Shown here in pieces: positions 1 to 10,785 of a DNA stretch of 64,000 nucleotides. The notes beneath the pieces are model-generated. The model saw only the letters and a program-made list of their open reading frames with translations. It was not told the DNA's origin and did no database searches. The stretch is from an uncultured Verrucomicrobiae bacterium. GTDB taxonomy: Bacteria > Verrucomicrobiota > Verrucomicrobiia > Limisphaerales > AAA164-E04. The DNA lies in the NCBI GenBank assembly GCA_951813855.1, contig OX638380.1, positions 201,060 through 265,059 of the forward strand, given 5' to 3'. A program made the position numbers and the translations under genes. Numbering within the stretch: the first letter of the stretch is position 1; every line of letters begins with the position of its first letter.

Positions 1-2
1 TC

Positions 3-170
3 GTCACTCCCGACGGCAAGCTGCTGGAATTAGAAGATTTCATCAAGGTGCTGAAAACTTACTCTCCCCAAAAGTCGGTTGCGATCGATTCCTTAGTCAA
101 GCGAATGGAAAAAATCCAGGGGCACGAATCGTTCGAAGACGATTTTTCCATCGTGCGGTTTAATTTATAA
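3..170 (+). CDS. 3' end of a probable PP2C/SpoIIE (RsbU-like) phosphatase domain protein, partial at window edge
   Basis: Manual translation ends ...RMEKIQGHESFEDDFSIVRFNL*. DD followed by hydrophobic residues is the typical PP2C C-terminal motif. Confidence 0.55.
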   Translation, partial: VTPDGKLLELEDFIKVLKTYSPQKSVAIDSLVKRMEKIQGHESFEDDFSIVRFNL

Positions 171-558
171 ATCGAAGCGGTTACCCGGATCCCGCGGCAA
201 AGTTTTCCGCCCGTCGCATTAGCGGTCCGACCGCAGGGGAAAGAGAACAGCCCGGGTCCTACGTATCGATAAATCGAAAGCCGCCCCCGGGACGGACACG
301 CTTTGCCGGGCCAGAAATTCGAATTCCATTGCGTCGTTCCTTAGCTCAAGTTTGACAGGACACGCCTTAAATCCCCATTTTTATTGGTTTAAAAATTCTT
401 CTGGCGCTCCAATTCCACTGGCGAACCGGCTAAGATTACTACTTGGCGATGGGCACGACAGTTTTCTTGATGCTCCCGGCAGCTTCGATGCCCCGAATTC
501 GGTATATTGGAGTTTGATCTTGTGCCGAACTTAGATTGTGTCCCACATGCAGCAGCAA

Positions 559-1895
559 CAAAATTTTTTCATGCTAATAATTCTTGATCGACGATCGTTT
601 TTTTAAGTGCCGAGCGGAGTATTTCGATTCGTCGGAAAAACTTTTTTTCGAATGATTCTTTGAGATAGGCGGCGATTGCCGGTTGAGACGAGTTTCAGCC
701 AGATTGGAAACTAATCCGGTGCGAGCATCGGTCAAACGATCAATTCGCCGACCGAATTAGCAGGGAGGAAGTACCGGTAATCAGGAAGGTCGGTTCAGCT
801 TTTTTTTCGGACGTTTAAACGGGGTGGTTTTCGTGACGGCTCGCAACCCTTGGTACCGATTCGTCTGATGATTGTTAGTAGCTTCGGCCAAATTAGGGTA
901 TCCCGACTGAAGAATGAACGCCAAGGCCAGGTTGTTGCAGAGGGCATTGTTCGTCGGCCCATGGCGAGTTCGCATGAAACAATCGTCTTCGCTCAAAATC
1001 CCGTCGCGATGGCGGTGATTGCCGTTTTCTACCGTCCAATGTCCCCGATTGAGTGACAACAATCGTTGAGCATCGGCAGCCTCTCGAGGTGTTATTTCCT
1101 AGATTATTTTGGAGAAAATTGGTCGTTTAGTCCCACGTTTTCTTATATTGTATTTAGCCAATATCTGGTGCGCCTCCGGTCTTTGATGGTATTAATCAAG
1201 GAACTTTTTTTCCAAGTAGTTTGTTTTCAAGTAGCGTTAATGTCCTTGGGCTGGCGTTGTCATGTCGGCAACGTCAACGTAGAAAAATGAAGTAACCAAA
1301 CGTAATGCGACCCGCGCGGTTCCACCACCGCCCCAATACCATCTTCCTCTCGACTGCAGGAGTCACCACTTGACTCCCGAAATGGCTTCAAGTCTGGAAA
1401 CTCCAAAACATCTTCTATGCGTTCGATGCCGATGACCCCCGGAGATCACTGGGCCGCTAAACTCATGACGAACCATCCCGTGTCATCTGATTGAGACCTC
1501 AAGGGGGTAAAGATTGGAACGATTTCTTGAAATATCACGCTTCGAAAAACCATGCGTCCCCGTTCTTGAAACCCTGACCGATCGTCGGCGCTTCAGACCG
1601 GTTATCGACCACCGCCTTACCAACCGAATCCTCATCCTATTGCAGCCAAAAATAATTCGGGACATTTGGCTCAAAAGAAATTGAAATACAACACTGGGGA
1701 TTCTCCGCCTTCGGATGTTCCTGACCTTTCGCATCAGAAAAACCTCTCGATGGACTTGTGCTCCATTCGGGATTTGTCTGACCCCCAACGGTCGGATCTA
1801 ATGCGTCAGATCAGGAAATTCCGGTACCTGAACAGTTACAATATGGCCCAAAATCGGTGACACTGGTCTTTAGCGATTTGCGTGAAAAAAACCTG
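559..1895 (-). mobile_element. Degraded ISAs1-family element: both ends kept, most of the transposase replaced by unrelated non-coding DNA
   Basis: 559-1083 matches the 3' end of the copies at 8622 and 57474 (ORF 781..1062 has GHWTVEN). About 1840-1895 matches the other end (…GCGTGAAAAAAACCTG). Confidence 0.85.
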
Positions 1896-2340
1896 TTTCC
1901 CTGCCTTTAGCGGGATTCGGTGGATTCCCGTATCTCGCCCCTGAGTGCCGACTGGATGGTGATTCACGGACATGGAATCCTCGCCGCAGAGAGCTTCGTC
2001 GATCCCTGACCCTATTTCGGGATCATGTACGTACCTGCAGGTGAGTCTGGCCCTTTCCCCGATCAATGACATTGCCGTTTTCATCCATCTTGGATTGAAC
2101 GAAGCAACGTGAAATTGACGGTGGGTACACCTTAAATCCAACACGGCATCTTGGCGACGTATACTATGTCGAAACCGTTTCCTAAAACGTTCATATTTGC
2201 GTTCCTCGTCGAACAGCTGCTGTCGACCTCAGCAGTCCCGTCGGTATGCGAAGAAGCGTCAAGTGAACGATGGCCGACGGATGATGGGTCAAGTTGATTA
2301 GGAAGAAGATCACGAGTGCTTGCGGTGGAATTTAGTTTCA

Positions 2341-5300
2341 TCAGGCTACCCAGCATGTCGAGAGCAGTTCGGCCTGTTGCAGGACGGTCAGCATGGCGGC
2401 GTTCTGAAGGTCCGGAGGATAGCCGTGTTCTCCGAGGATACGCTTGACCAGAACCCGCATCCGAGCCCTCGCCGGCTCGCGGTGCTGCCGGTCCACGGAA
2501 GCCTTGCTCTTGAGGCTGTTCAGCAACTCATGAGCGATGACGCGAAGGTGGTCGTTGCCCATCACCTCTACCGCGCTTTCGTTCTGGGCCAATGCGTCGT
2601 AGAAGGCGATCTCCTCTTGGCTGAGGCCTTCTTCCTCGCCGCGCTGGTGGGCGGCGAGGATGTCCTTGGCGAGCCCAATCAGCTCCTGAAGGACCTCCGC
2701 CGTCGTGACGGCATTGTTGTGGTAGCGGGCGATTGCCTCCTCCAGCCTCTTTGAGAATTCGCGGGTCTGCACGACGTTGACTCGGCTTCGCGATCGAAGC
2801 TCGCCGTTGATGAGCTTGCACAGCGCCTCCAAGGCGAGGTTCTTCTTCTCCATTTCCTGGATCTCGGCGAGGAACTCGTCGGAAAGGATGGAGATGTCCG
2901 GCGTATCCAGCCCCGTGGCTTCGAGAATGTCGACGATTTCGGTTGAGACGATGGCGCGGCTGACGATCTGCTGCACGGCCAAATCTCGTTCGGTGGAGGA
3001 CTTGCCGGCACCCGGCACGCTCTTGGCAAGCGCCGCGCGAACGGTTTGGAAGAAGCCCACCTCATCGCGAATGTCGCGCGCCTTGTCGCTGGCGGCAGCG
3101 AGCGCGAACGCTTTGGAGAGCGCGAGCACGGCGTCGTTAAAGCGGCGATGAGTGCGTTTCTTGGCCTCTTTGGTTAATTCCCTGGCCGCCTCTCTTTGCT
3201 GGATCGCCAAGATCCACTCGATGGCGCCGGCGAGCGCTACGAGTCGTTCCTGCGGTGATCCGACAAGGCCCTTGCGGTAGTCGAAGCCATGGAACATGGC
3301 GCTCACGATCTCGTATTTCTCCAGCATCATCGCGACGGCCTTGGCTTCGTCGATATCGGCGTGTCTCCGATCGTCGCGGGAATACTGGCCAAGGGCTGAT
3401 TTTAGATTCTGCGCGATGCCGATGTAGTCTACGATCAGTCCGCCAGGCTTGTCGCGGAATACGCGGTTGACGCGGGCGATGGCCTGCATGAGCCCGTGCC
3501 CCCGCATGTGCTTGTCGACGTACATCGTGTGCAGGCTCGGCGCATCGAATCCGGTAAGCCACATGTCCCTCACGATCACCAGCTTGAGCGCATCGTCCGG
3601 ATCCTTGATCCGCTTGGCGAGTAATTCGCGGCGCGACTTGCCGCCGATGTGCCGTTGCCATTGCTTCGGGTCCGACGCGGTTCCGGTCATGACGATCTTG
3701 AGGATGCCGCTTTCGTCGTCGTCACTGTTCCAGTCCGGGCGTATCCGGATTATCTCGTTGTAGGGCGCGACGCAGAACCAACGGCTCATGCTGACAATCA
3801 TGGCCTTGCCGTCCATGCCGACCACGCGGTTCTCGAAATGCTCGATCAAATCTCGCGCAACCAGACGCAAGCGCTTCTCGGTGCCGACGACGGCCTCGAC
3901 GTTGGCCAATCTGCGCTTGATCCGTTCCTGCTCGCCTTCAACGTCCTCCTCGATCAGCTCCGCGATCTCGTCATCGAGCGCCGGTTTCTCATTCTCATCG
4001 AGCTCGATGCGGGCGAGGCGGCTCTCGTAGTAGATCGGTACCGTCGCGCCGTCCTCGACCCCTCGGCTGATGTCGTAAACGTCAATGTATTCGCCGAACA
4101 CGGCCGGTGTATTCGCGTCCTCCTTTTCGATCGGCGTACCGGTGAAACCGATGAAGGAGGCGTTCGGCAGGGCGTCGCGAAGGTACTTGGCGAAGCCGTA
4201 AGAAATTTCGCCGGTTTTGTGCGCCACCTTGGCACGGAAACCGTACTGGCTGCGGTGCGCCTCATCGGCGATCACGACTACATTCCGGCGGTCGGTGAGT
4301 GCTGGATAGTCAGTTTTACCGTTTTCGGGTGCGAACTTTTGGAGGGTGATGAACACGACGACGCCGGAAGGGCGGGTTAGGATCCGCCGTAGATCCTCGC
4401 GGCTCTCAGCCTGCTGCGGGGTTTGGCGGAGCAGGTCGCGACACATCGAAAACGTGCCGAACAACTGGTTGTCGAGGTCGTTACGATCGGTGAGGACGAC
4501 GACGGTCGGGTTCTCCATTGTGGGGTGGGTGATGATCTGTCCGGCGTAGAACGCCATGAGCAGGCTCTTGCCTGATCCTTGGGTATGCCAGATGACGCCG
4601 ATGCGGCGGTCGCCCTCCGGTTGATCGTTAAAGGTGGTGAAGCCATAGCGGGATGGGGCTTCGCGCATTCCCTCTCCGTGGCCCGGCCTGGCTTGCTGAG
4701 CCTTCGGGAGTGCTCGCAGCGTCGATCGAACAGCCCGCCGCACGGCGTGAAACTGATGGTAGCCGGCGATAATCTTGACGATGCCGGAACCTGTGTCGCC
4801 TAAGACGGTGAAGTCCCGGATCAAGGTCAGAAACCGGTTCCTCTCCAAGACGCCCTTGACGACGGTTTCGAGTTCCGGCGCGCCTTTCGGGGCAATGGTG
4901 GAGGAGTCCATGGTACGCCAAGGCATAAACCGTTCGAGATTGGCCGTTAGCGAGCCGAGGCGCGCTTGCATCCCGTCCGACGTCAAGAGCGCGGCGTTGG
5001 TTCGGAACAGGGAAAGTATCTCGTTCTTGTAGGTTTGGAGCTGGTTGAACGCCCCTTCGAGGGTGGAGTTTTCGTCGCTTGGGTTCTTCAGTTCGATCAC
5101 GGCCAGAGGTAAGCCGTTGATGAACAGCACCACGTCGGGTCGGCGATTCTTCTTATGCTCGATCACCGTGAACTGGTTCACCGCGAGCCAATCGTTGGTG
5201 TCCGCATGGTCGAAGTTGATCAGCCTGGCGACATCGTCGCCGATGCTGCCGTCCTTTCGGACAATCTCGACGGGCACGCCCTCGATCAAGTAGCGGTGCA

Positions 5301-5565
5301 GGCGGCAGTTCTCCTCGATGAGCGAGGGTGTTTCTGACTGACTTACCTTGCGCAACACCTCCTCCAGCACCTCGCCGGGTAGGTGTGGGTTGAAGCGTGC
5401 GAGCGCCTTGCGGAGCCGCTCTGTCAGGAGTACTTCATCGTGGCTGTCGCGCTCCGGTGCCGGACCCTCCGGGCCGATGTCTGGTCCGTAAAGCACGGCA
5501 TAGTCCAGCCCGTCAAGCCATACGAGGGCGGCGTCTTCCACCTCGTTTTCGGTGAGTTTGGCCAT
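2341..5565 (-). CDS. hsdR: Type I restriction endonuclease subunit R
   Basis: Likely start [10 protein letters not shown] at 5565. Nuclease motif [19 protein letters not shown], Walker [13 protein letters not shown] box and QAIARVNR are present; about 1074 aa. Confidence 0.95.
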   Translation of the reverse strand: MAKLTENEVEDAALVWLDGLDYAVLYGPDIGPEGPAPERDSHDEVLLTERLRKALARFNPHLPGEVLEEVLRKVSQSETPSLIEENCRLHRYLIEGVPVEIVRKDGSIGDDVARLINFDHADTNDWLAVNQFTVIEHKKNRRPDVVLFINGLPLAVIELKNPSDENSTLEGAFNQLQTYKNEILSLFRTNAALLTSDGMQARLGSLTANLERFMPWRTMDSSTIAPKGAPELETVVKGVLERNRFLTLIRDFTVLGDTGSGIVKIIAGYHQFHAVRRAVRSTLRALPKAQQARPGHGEGMREAPSRYGFTTFNDQPEGDRRIGVIWHTQGSGKSLLMAFYAGQIITHPTMENPTVVVLTDRNDLDNQLFGTFSMCRDLLRQTPQQAESREDLRRILTRPSGVVVFITLQKFAPENGKTDYPALTDRRNVVVIADEAHRSQYGFRAKVAHKTGEISYGFAKYLRDALPNASFIGFTGTPIEKEDANTPAVFGEYIDVYDISRGVEDGATVPIYYESRLARIELDENEKPALDDEIAELIEEDVEGEQERIKRRLANVEAVVGTEKRLRLVARDLIEHFENRVVGMDGKAMIVSMSRWFCVAPYNEIIRIRPDWNSDDDESGILKIVMTGTASDPKQWQRHIGGKSRRELLAKRIKDPDDALKLVIVRDMWLTGFDAPSLHTMYVDKHMRGHGLMQAIARVNRVFRDKPGGLIVDYIGIAQNLKSALGQYSRDDRRHADIDEAKAVAMMLEKYEIVSAMFHGFDYRKGLVGSPQERLVALAGAIEWILAIQQREAARELTKEAKKRTHRRFNDAVLALSKAFALAAASDKARDIRDEVGFFQTVRAALAKSVPGAGKSSTERDLAVQQIVSRAIVSTEIVDILEATGLDTPDISILSDEFLAEIQEMEKKNLALEALCKLINGELRSRSRVNVVQTREFSKRLEEAIARYHNNAVTTAEVLQELIGLAKDILAAHQRGEEEGLSQEEIAFYDALAQNESAVEVMGNDHLRVIAHELLNSLKSKASVDRQHREPARARMRVLVKRILGEHGYPPDLQNAAMLTVLQQAELLSTCWVA

Positions 5566-5652
5566 CAGGCGGTCGTGCGGCTCGACCCCAGCACGAACCT
5601 CGCTCGTTCGCGGCGGAGCATCTCGTAAGAGCTCATGCAGCGCAGGCCGAAG
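5463..5652. repeat. Direct repeat copy A (3' end of DUF4411 gene + 5' end of hsdR)
   Basis: Aligns by eye with 7239-7431, e.g. shared CTCGCTCGTTCGCGGCGGAGCATCTCGTAAG. Confidence 0.9.
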
Positions 5653-6071
5653 TCGATACAGGCGTTCGGAATCTTGATCTTTTTGATGGTGTTGGCCGGG
5701 GTCTCTTGCGTGACAACGATGCACTCGTGAGCCAGCGCGTGCGCGACAAGCGAGTGATCAGCAGCCTTCATAAAGGTGGCGACGGCAGTCGGCTGGTATC
5801 CTTTGTCGTTCGCCCAATCGCTCACGATGCTACGCTTTAGCAACACGGTGTCATCCATTGGCAAAAAGAAATCGCTGCCCCGCGCTGCGGCCCACTCCGC
5901 CAGCTCGTCGTCTCCGTCTTGCAGTTCGTCGGCGACCTTTTCGATGCTCGCGACCTTGCCAACCCCGTTCTGCTCAACCAACCAATCCCAGAAGGCGGGG
6001 CAGAAATCGAAACCGTAGTGCAGATTCTTGGCCTGAATGAAGACATCCGAATCGATAAGATAAGTGTTCAT
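5565..6071 (-). CDS. DUF4411 family PIN-domain protein
   Basis: [31 protein letters not shown]…ADHSLVAHA…IVVTQE…KIKIPNAC. Start overlaps the stop of the upstream peptidase gene (ATGA). Confidence 0.85.
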   Translation of the reverse strand: MNTYLIDSDVFIQAKNLHYGFDFCPAFWDWLVEQNGVGKVASIEKVADELQDGDDELAEWAAARGSDFFLPMDDTVLLKRSIVSDWANDKGYQPTAVATFMKAADHSLVAHALAHECIVVTQETPANTIKKIKIPNACIDFGLRCMSSYEMLRRERARFVLGSSRTTA

Positions 6072-7222
6072 CTCATGACCCCGGCTTCGCGTCCGAGATT
6101 GTTGAAGGCTTTGGTACTCCTGACACCCAACATCCGAAACGCATCCCGATAGAGCGTCTGCCCTTCGAGCGTGCTCCCGACCAGCGCACGCACGAACCGG
6201 CGTCCGACCCGCGCGACCGTCGTGCGGTAGAAGTCGCCGCCGGCGGCGCCCGCCTGGACAAGTTTCCGCAGACGCTGGTTCTCCTGAGCCCAAGCGGTAT
6301 CGAAGCGCTCGCGAGTTAGCCAGCCCGCATCGAGCAGGCGTCGCAGGATGACCAACTTGCTGACTTTGAAGGTACGCGACAGTCGAGACAGCACGTCCGG
6401 GAGCGATTCCTTCCGGCGCAGTTCGAATCGCAGTGCTTCCAGCGGCACCAGAAGCTCCGCCGCCACCGCGTTGCACCACACCTCCTCGCGTCGGAAACCC
6501 ATTTCCGGCGCGGTCCCGAGGTTCGACAAGGCCGTAGCGCCAAGCCAGATATGCGCCAACTCGTGGGCGAGCGTGAACATCAGCGCCGCTTTCGTGTCCT
6601 GTCCGTTGACGAAGATCAGCGGGGCGTGCGGATCGCAAAGCGCGAATCCGCGAAACTCGGCGGGATCAAGACGGCGGCTGGTGTTGCTCATCACGATACC
6701 GCTCACCATGACAAGAATACCGGATTCGTCGGCTTGGCGGATAAACTGCCGCAGCGCATCGTTCCAGGTCGAACACTTCCGACGGGCGATCAGATCGAAA
6801 CCCAAGGTCTCTCGGATTTGCGCAGCGACAGTTTCAGGGGCTGCCTCGACAGAGACGCTACCGACGAAGTCGAGCTCCGGTTCGCCGACGGCACGGGCGA
6901 AGTCCTGATACCAGCCCTGCCGTTCCTGGCAGGCGTAGATCATGTCCAACAGGTTGGGGCTGAGCCGCGTAACCTTATGACCGGCGAAAGTGCGGAAATC
7001 TGGTATGGGAACGGCTTCCTCCGGCGGACCCGAGAGGAACAGATAGCCGACCGGCACGTGGACGGCGCGAGCGAACGCTTCCAACTGCTTCAAGGTGGGC
7101 TTGACCTCGCCGCTTTCCCAGTCAGGCAGCTTCTTGAACTTCAAGGTGAGGTCTGCTTGCTCGACCCCGGCGCGTTCGCGCGCCCAACGCAGAAGCTCGG
7201 GATTGATGGGGGCGCGGATCAT
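6068..7222 (-). CDS. XRE-type HTH fused to ImmA/IrrE (peptidase M78) metallo-endopeptidase
   Basis: INPELLRWARERAG…WESGEVKPTLKQL is the HTH. FTLAHELAH is the HExxH motif, followed by EVWCNAVAAELLVP. Confidence 0.92.
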   Translation of the reverse strand: MIRAPINPELLRWARERAGVEQADLTLKFKKLPDWESGEVKPTLKQLEAFARAVHVPVGYLFLSGPPEEAVPIPDFRTFAGHKVTRLSPNLLDMIYACQERQGWYQDFARAVGEPELDFVGSVSVEAAPETVAAQIRETLGFDLIARRKCSTWNDALRQFIRQADESGILVMVSGIVMSNTSRRLDPAEFRGFALCDPHAPLIFVNGQDTKAALMFTLAHELAHIWLGATALSNLGTAPEMGFRREEVWCNAVAAELLVPLEALRFELRRKESLPDVLSRLSRTFKVSKLVILRRLLDAGWLTRERFDTAWAQENQRLRKLVQAGAAGGDFYRTTVARVGRRFVRALVGSTLEGQTLYRDAFRMLGVRSTKAFNNLGREAGVMR

Positions 7223-7238
7223 GGCCACTTGAGCGTTA

Positions 7239-7431
7239 GGCCGTTCGGTCCGATAACCGGTCCGTGCTTCACGGTACAGCCTAGTCCATCGAGCCATACG
7301 AGAGCGGCGTTTTCCACCACGTTTTCGGTGAATCTGGCCATCATGCGGTCGTACGGATCGACCCCAGCACGAATCTCGCTCGTTCGCGGCGGAGCATCTC
7401 GTAAGGGCTCATGCGTCGAACGCAGGCGAAG
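7239..7431. repeat. Direct repeat copy B, containing a stub of hsdR ([21 protein letters not shown])
   Basis: Diverged copy of 5463-5652; its translation parallels [21 protein letters not shown]. Confidence 0.9.
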
Positions 7432-7544
7432 AGGACAGGCGCTTTTGGCCTGGGAAGTCGCACGCCAACCAGTGGCAAGGCCACGATGTGCTCTCCCTTT
7501 TCCAAGAGACCATGCGGTGAATAGGGATTGGCTACTAACGCGGC

Positions 7545-8069
7545 TCATTCAATCCTTTCCGTCCAAAAGAACTGCACTTCCAGCGTTCGAAGCATGACGT
7601 ACGTGTTTTGCCAAGGGACTTTGAACTTGTCGCAAACATCCGGCAGTTTCACCCTCCTCTTTGACTCTGGTGCAGGCTGTTCGTTCGTTACAACGGTTGC
7701 GCCGCACACCTGTTCGCAGGCAACGAGCCAACCGTCTGCGCCTGTCGCGAAATTCTCTTTTGCATGGTCTGAGTCGTTTGGATGGCTTTGAATCCAGTTT
7801 ATAATATCCGTGCGGACGCGCACCACATTATCGGGGGCCACTTTGAGGAAGAATTCATCCGGAACTTCGTTTTTCACCCACCGAACAAGTTCCTCGGTGC
7901 TACGACCGGCAAGCAGTTCGTTGCACACTGGGTCGCCGCTGAAGATCTAGCCCTGCCGATGATGGTGCAACAGACATTTCCAGAAACCGGGGTAAATGTC
8001 GAACGCGTAGTAGAGATTCTTCGCGGTAATGAGAACGTGGGAGTCCACGAAATAGAACTGATCCGTTAT
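7545..8069 (-). pseudogene. Second DUF4411 PIN-domain gene, disrupted
   Basis: Reads TDQFYFVDSHVLITAKNLYYAFDIYPGFW…HRQG*IFSG…GADGWLVA…VVTNE…RVKLPDVC. There is an in-frame TAG near 7949 and ATA where the ATG is expected. Confidence 0.85.
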
Positions 8070-8621
8070 TGGGAGAGTCTCATGCCCAATCGCTCGGCGT
8101 ACTTCTGGAACGTTCCACCCCGGAGGCCTGTTAGTTCATGGGCTTCCCTGAATCCGATTTGCCCCTCCATCGCCGCTCTGATCACATGGGTCGCAAAGAG
8201 TTGGCCTACATGTGCGTTCTGGGTGTTGTAGAATTCGGTTCTAGACGGTTCCGCGCCGCTCAGGCGTTCTTGGCTGACGTAGTGCTCATATAATTCGATA
8301 AAGGCGCTGCGGTCAACGAGCCTGAGGTCCAAGGCTCGACGGGCAGCGACCACGGGGCTCACCTTGAACGAGTGCCCAAGGGCCTCGAAGGGGCGCTGCT
8401 TCCGCCTCACATGCAACCAGCGTTTTCGAAGTTCGCTCGACGGCACGAGAAATTCCGCTACCGCCCGGTTGCACCATTCTTCTACTTTCGTGCCTCCGGG
8501 AAGAAGATGGTCGAAACCGGAAAGCCCCCCCACCGAGCCAGATGTGCGCCAGTTCGTGAGCCATCGTGAACATCTGGGCGGCTTTTGCATCCATGCCGTT
8601 CACGAAAATCAGGGGCGAGTA
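8066..8621 (-). pseudogene. Second ImmA/IrrE peptidase gene, 5'-truncated by ISAs1 and frameshifted
   Basis: [28 protein letters not shown] is in one frame and [14 protein letters not shown] in another. The shift is at or near the C7 run around 8525-8531. Confidence 0.88.
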
Positions 8622-10785
8622 CAGGACTTTTTCATGCTAATAATTTTTGATCGACGATCGTTTTTTTAAGTGTCGAGCGGAGTATTTCGATTCGTCGGAA
8701 AAACTGTTTTTCCGAATTATGCTTCGAGTTAGGCGGCGATTGCCGATTGAGACGAGTTTCAGCCGGACAGGAGACTAAACCGGTGCGAGTATCGGTCGAA
8801 CGATCAATTCGCCGACCGAATCAGCAAGGAGGAAGCGTCGGTAATCAGGAAGGTCGGGTCAGTTTTTTTTCGGACGTTTAAACGGGGTGGTTTTCGTGAC
8901 GGCTCGCAACCCTTGGTTCCGATTCGTCTGAAAATCGTCGGTAGCTTCGGCCATATTAGAGTATTCCGACTGGAGAATGATCGCCAAGGCCAGGTTGTTG
9001 AAGAGGGCATTGTTCGTCGGCCCATGGCGAGTTCGCATGAGACAATCATCTTCGCCGAAAATCCCGTCGCGACGGCGGTGATTGCCGTTTTCTACCGTCC
9101 CATGTCCCCGATTGAGTGACAACAATCGTTGAGCGTCGGCAGCTTCCGGAGGCAACGAAGTGACGCCGTAAGCATATTCCACGGTCTCGGGCCCACCGTT
9201 CAAATGATGACGGTGTCGAAGGATCCGAAAGACTTGGAGGACATGCGGTAATTTGACGGCTCCGGGAAGGGGTTCATAGGTTTGAATGCTCCGTTGATCG
9301 ATGCGGCCATGTCCTTTCTCCGGGTTTTCGGTGAACCGGTCCTGGGCCACTCGATCCCAATCCAGGCTGGTCAAAAATTGAGAGAGTTCGGGGTTGTTCT
9401 CTTTGACCGTGAAGAGAAAATGGGCTCCGTTAACCAGCACGATGGCATCGGCCATGACTCGGTTAGTATGGAGCGCATCGATCGTAATGATGGCTCCCCG
9501 GATATCGACATCCTCCAAGAGAGCCGCCATCGCCGCCTGTTCGCCGCCTTGGTCTCGGCAACTGCGAACGGCGATGGGCACCGCATCTTGATGGCGCACG
9601 AGGATGACGGTCTCGAAATGGTCTTTGCTGTTGCGATTAGCTCCGTTGATCCGCTTCCCGTCAGCAGCCAAGGCTTCCAAGGGTTGTCGAGTCAATTGGG
9701 CCGTTACCCAGCGGTGAGTTACCGTTTGCAACGCTTCCGGATCCGTCTCGGTCATGACCCGGTGAATCGTCGCGAGAGACGGGGCTACGTAACGGTCCTT
9801 GGCGTTGCGCCACGCCCCGAGAGTCTGCAATTGGTTTGGCGTCATTTTTTGGGCGTAACGCGAAGTCGCCAAGGGGCCGACCTTGCCGGCCAATCGAGCT
9901 AAGATGCAGCTAGCGAGGACCATTTCCAGCCGATGTTTGCGTCCTTGGGCTCGGCGAAAATCAGCCATTTCCGCTAGCAGTTGCACCAATGATTTCAACT
10001 GTTTCGGGGACGTTTCTACCCGCTGCACCTGGGGGCCCCAAGACGGATCGTCCTGACGCTTCCTTAATCGGGAACAGGCTTGGGGTCGCAAGGGATAAAC
10101 GTACCTTTCCTTCTTGATATTGTGCCGGGCGGTATAGCGTCCGTTGCTGCGAGCGTAGCCTTGCGATTGCCCTGCCGCCCGCCAATTCCCCGCGCGATAG
10201 ATCGTGCCCGCGAAGTGTCGGGGATCGACGAAAGTTTCGGCCAATTCCAGCGGATGACCCCAGGTCCGTTGCCAATCGGCACTCAAACGGCGCAGCATTT
10301 TGGCCATGACGCAGCTCCCCAGATTGTGCACTTCGCCCCGCTCGGTAAGCAGGAGGAATCGGGTATTGTTGGCAATCAAATGCAGCCGACGAAACTGCTC
10401 TCGTTTTTTCCACCCGAGCCACTTGTCTCGCGGGCGACACTTGAACACTCCGCTTTGCCAGCCGGCTAACGCCAACCACCGGCCTCGGTACTCGGCAACA
10501 TAACGCAGACCGCGTCCGGCAAAGCCTTTGAAACCCAAGCGATGGTTCTGATCCATCAGCGAATCCCAGCGTCTTCGCTCACTGCTCTTCACCAATCGAA
10601 CGGTCACCAGCTTGAGGTTGATTTTGGTGTCCCTGAGGAACCCATAACGACCGGAGAGTGAAAAAGCCAGCTTTATTTTCCCATTTCGAAGGCGCTGAAG
10701 TTTCGGCTCTCTGGTGAAGGGAAAAAGCGAATATGGCCCGAAATCGGTGATACGGGCCTCTAGCGATTAGCGTGAAAAAACCCTG
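8622..10785 (-). mobile_element. ISAs1-family insertion sequence, copy 1 (no target duplication)
   Basis: Imperfect IRs CAGGACTTTTTCATGCTAAT / ATTAGCGTGAAAAAACCCTG. Near-identical to 57474-59638. Confidence 0.93.
8859..10607 (-). CDS. ISAs1 transposase with N-terminal DUF4338 domain, probably impaired
   Basis: [20 protein letters not shown] and EKGHGRID motifs. The ATG of copy 2 is AGG here, and HWTVEN reads HGTVEN. Confidence 0.85.
   Translation of the reverse strand: MTVRLVKSSERRRWDSLMDQNHRLGFKGFAGRGLRYVAEYRGRWLALAGWQSGVFKCRPRDKWLGWKKREQFRRLHLIANNTRFLLLTERGEVHNLGSCVMAKMLRRLSADWQRTWGHPLELAETFVDPRHFAGTIYRAGNWRAAGQSQGYARSNGRYTARHNIKKERYVYPLRPQACSRLRKRQDDPSWGPQVQRVETSPKQLKSLVQLLAEMADFRRAQGRKHRLEMVLASCILARLAGKVGPLATSRYAQKMTPNQLQTLGAWRNAKDRYVAPSLATIHRVMTETDPEALQTVTHRWVTAQLTRQPLEALAADGKRINGANRNSKDHFETVILVRHQDAVPIAVRSCRDQGGEQAAMAALLEDVDIRGAIITIDALHTNRVMADAIVLVNGAHFLFTVKENNPELSQFLTSLDWDRVAQDRFTENPEKGHGRIDQRSIQTYEPLPGAVKLPHVLQVFRILRHRHHLNGGPETVEYAYGVTSLPPEAADAQRLLSLNRGHGTVENGNHRRRDGIFGEDDCLMRTRHGPTNNALFNNLALAIILQSEYSNMAEATDDFQTNRNQGLRAVTKTTPFKRPKKN

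Noticed and set aside
330-370. tRNA-like TAGCTCAAGT sequence
   Set aside because: No T-loop, acceptor stem or CCA could be folded.
390-546. Possible transposase relic (GIEAAG on the minus strand) and an IS256-like end GATTGTGTCCCA
   Set aside because: Too short and degenerate to support without a search.
1896-2340. Short ORFs downstream of hsdR
   Set aside because: No motif or coherent frame recognised; left unannotated.
5566-6638. Long N-terminal extensions of the hsdR (1127 aa) and DUF4411 (357 aa) ORFs
   Set aside because: The extensions overlap the upstream genes in other frames. Family-typical starts are at 5565 and 6071.
8859-10607. Druantia defence system
   Set aside because: DUF4338 is part of an IS transposase here, and no DruE helicase or other dru genes are present.
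10579-10785. HsdM-transposase fusion
   Set aside because: It is only read-through into the IS end, in a different frame from the transposase.
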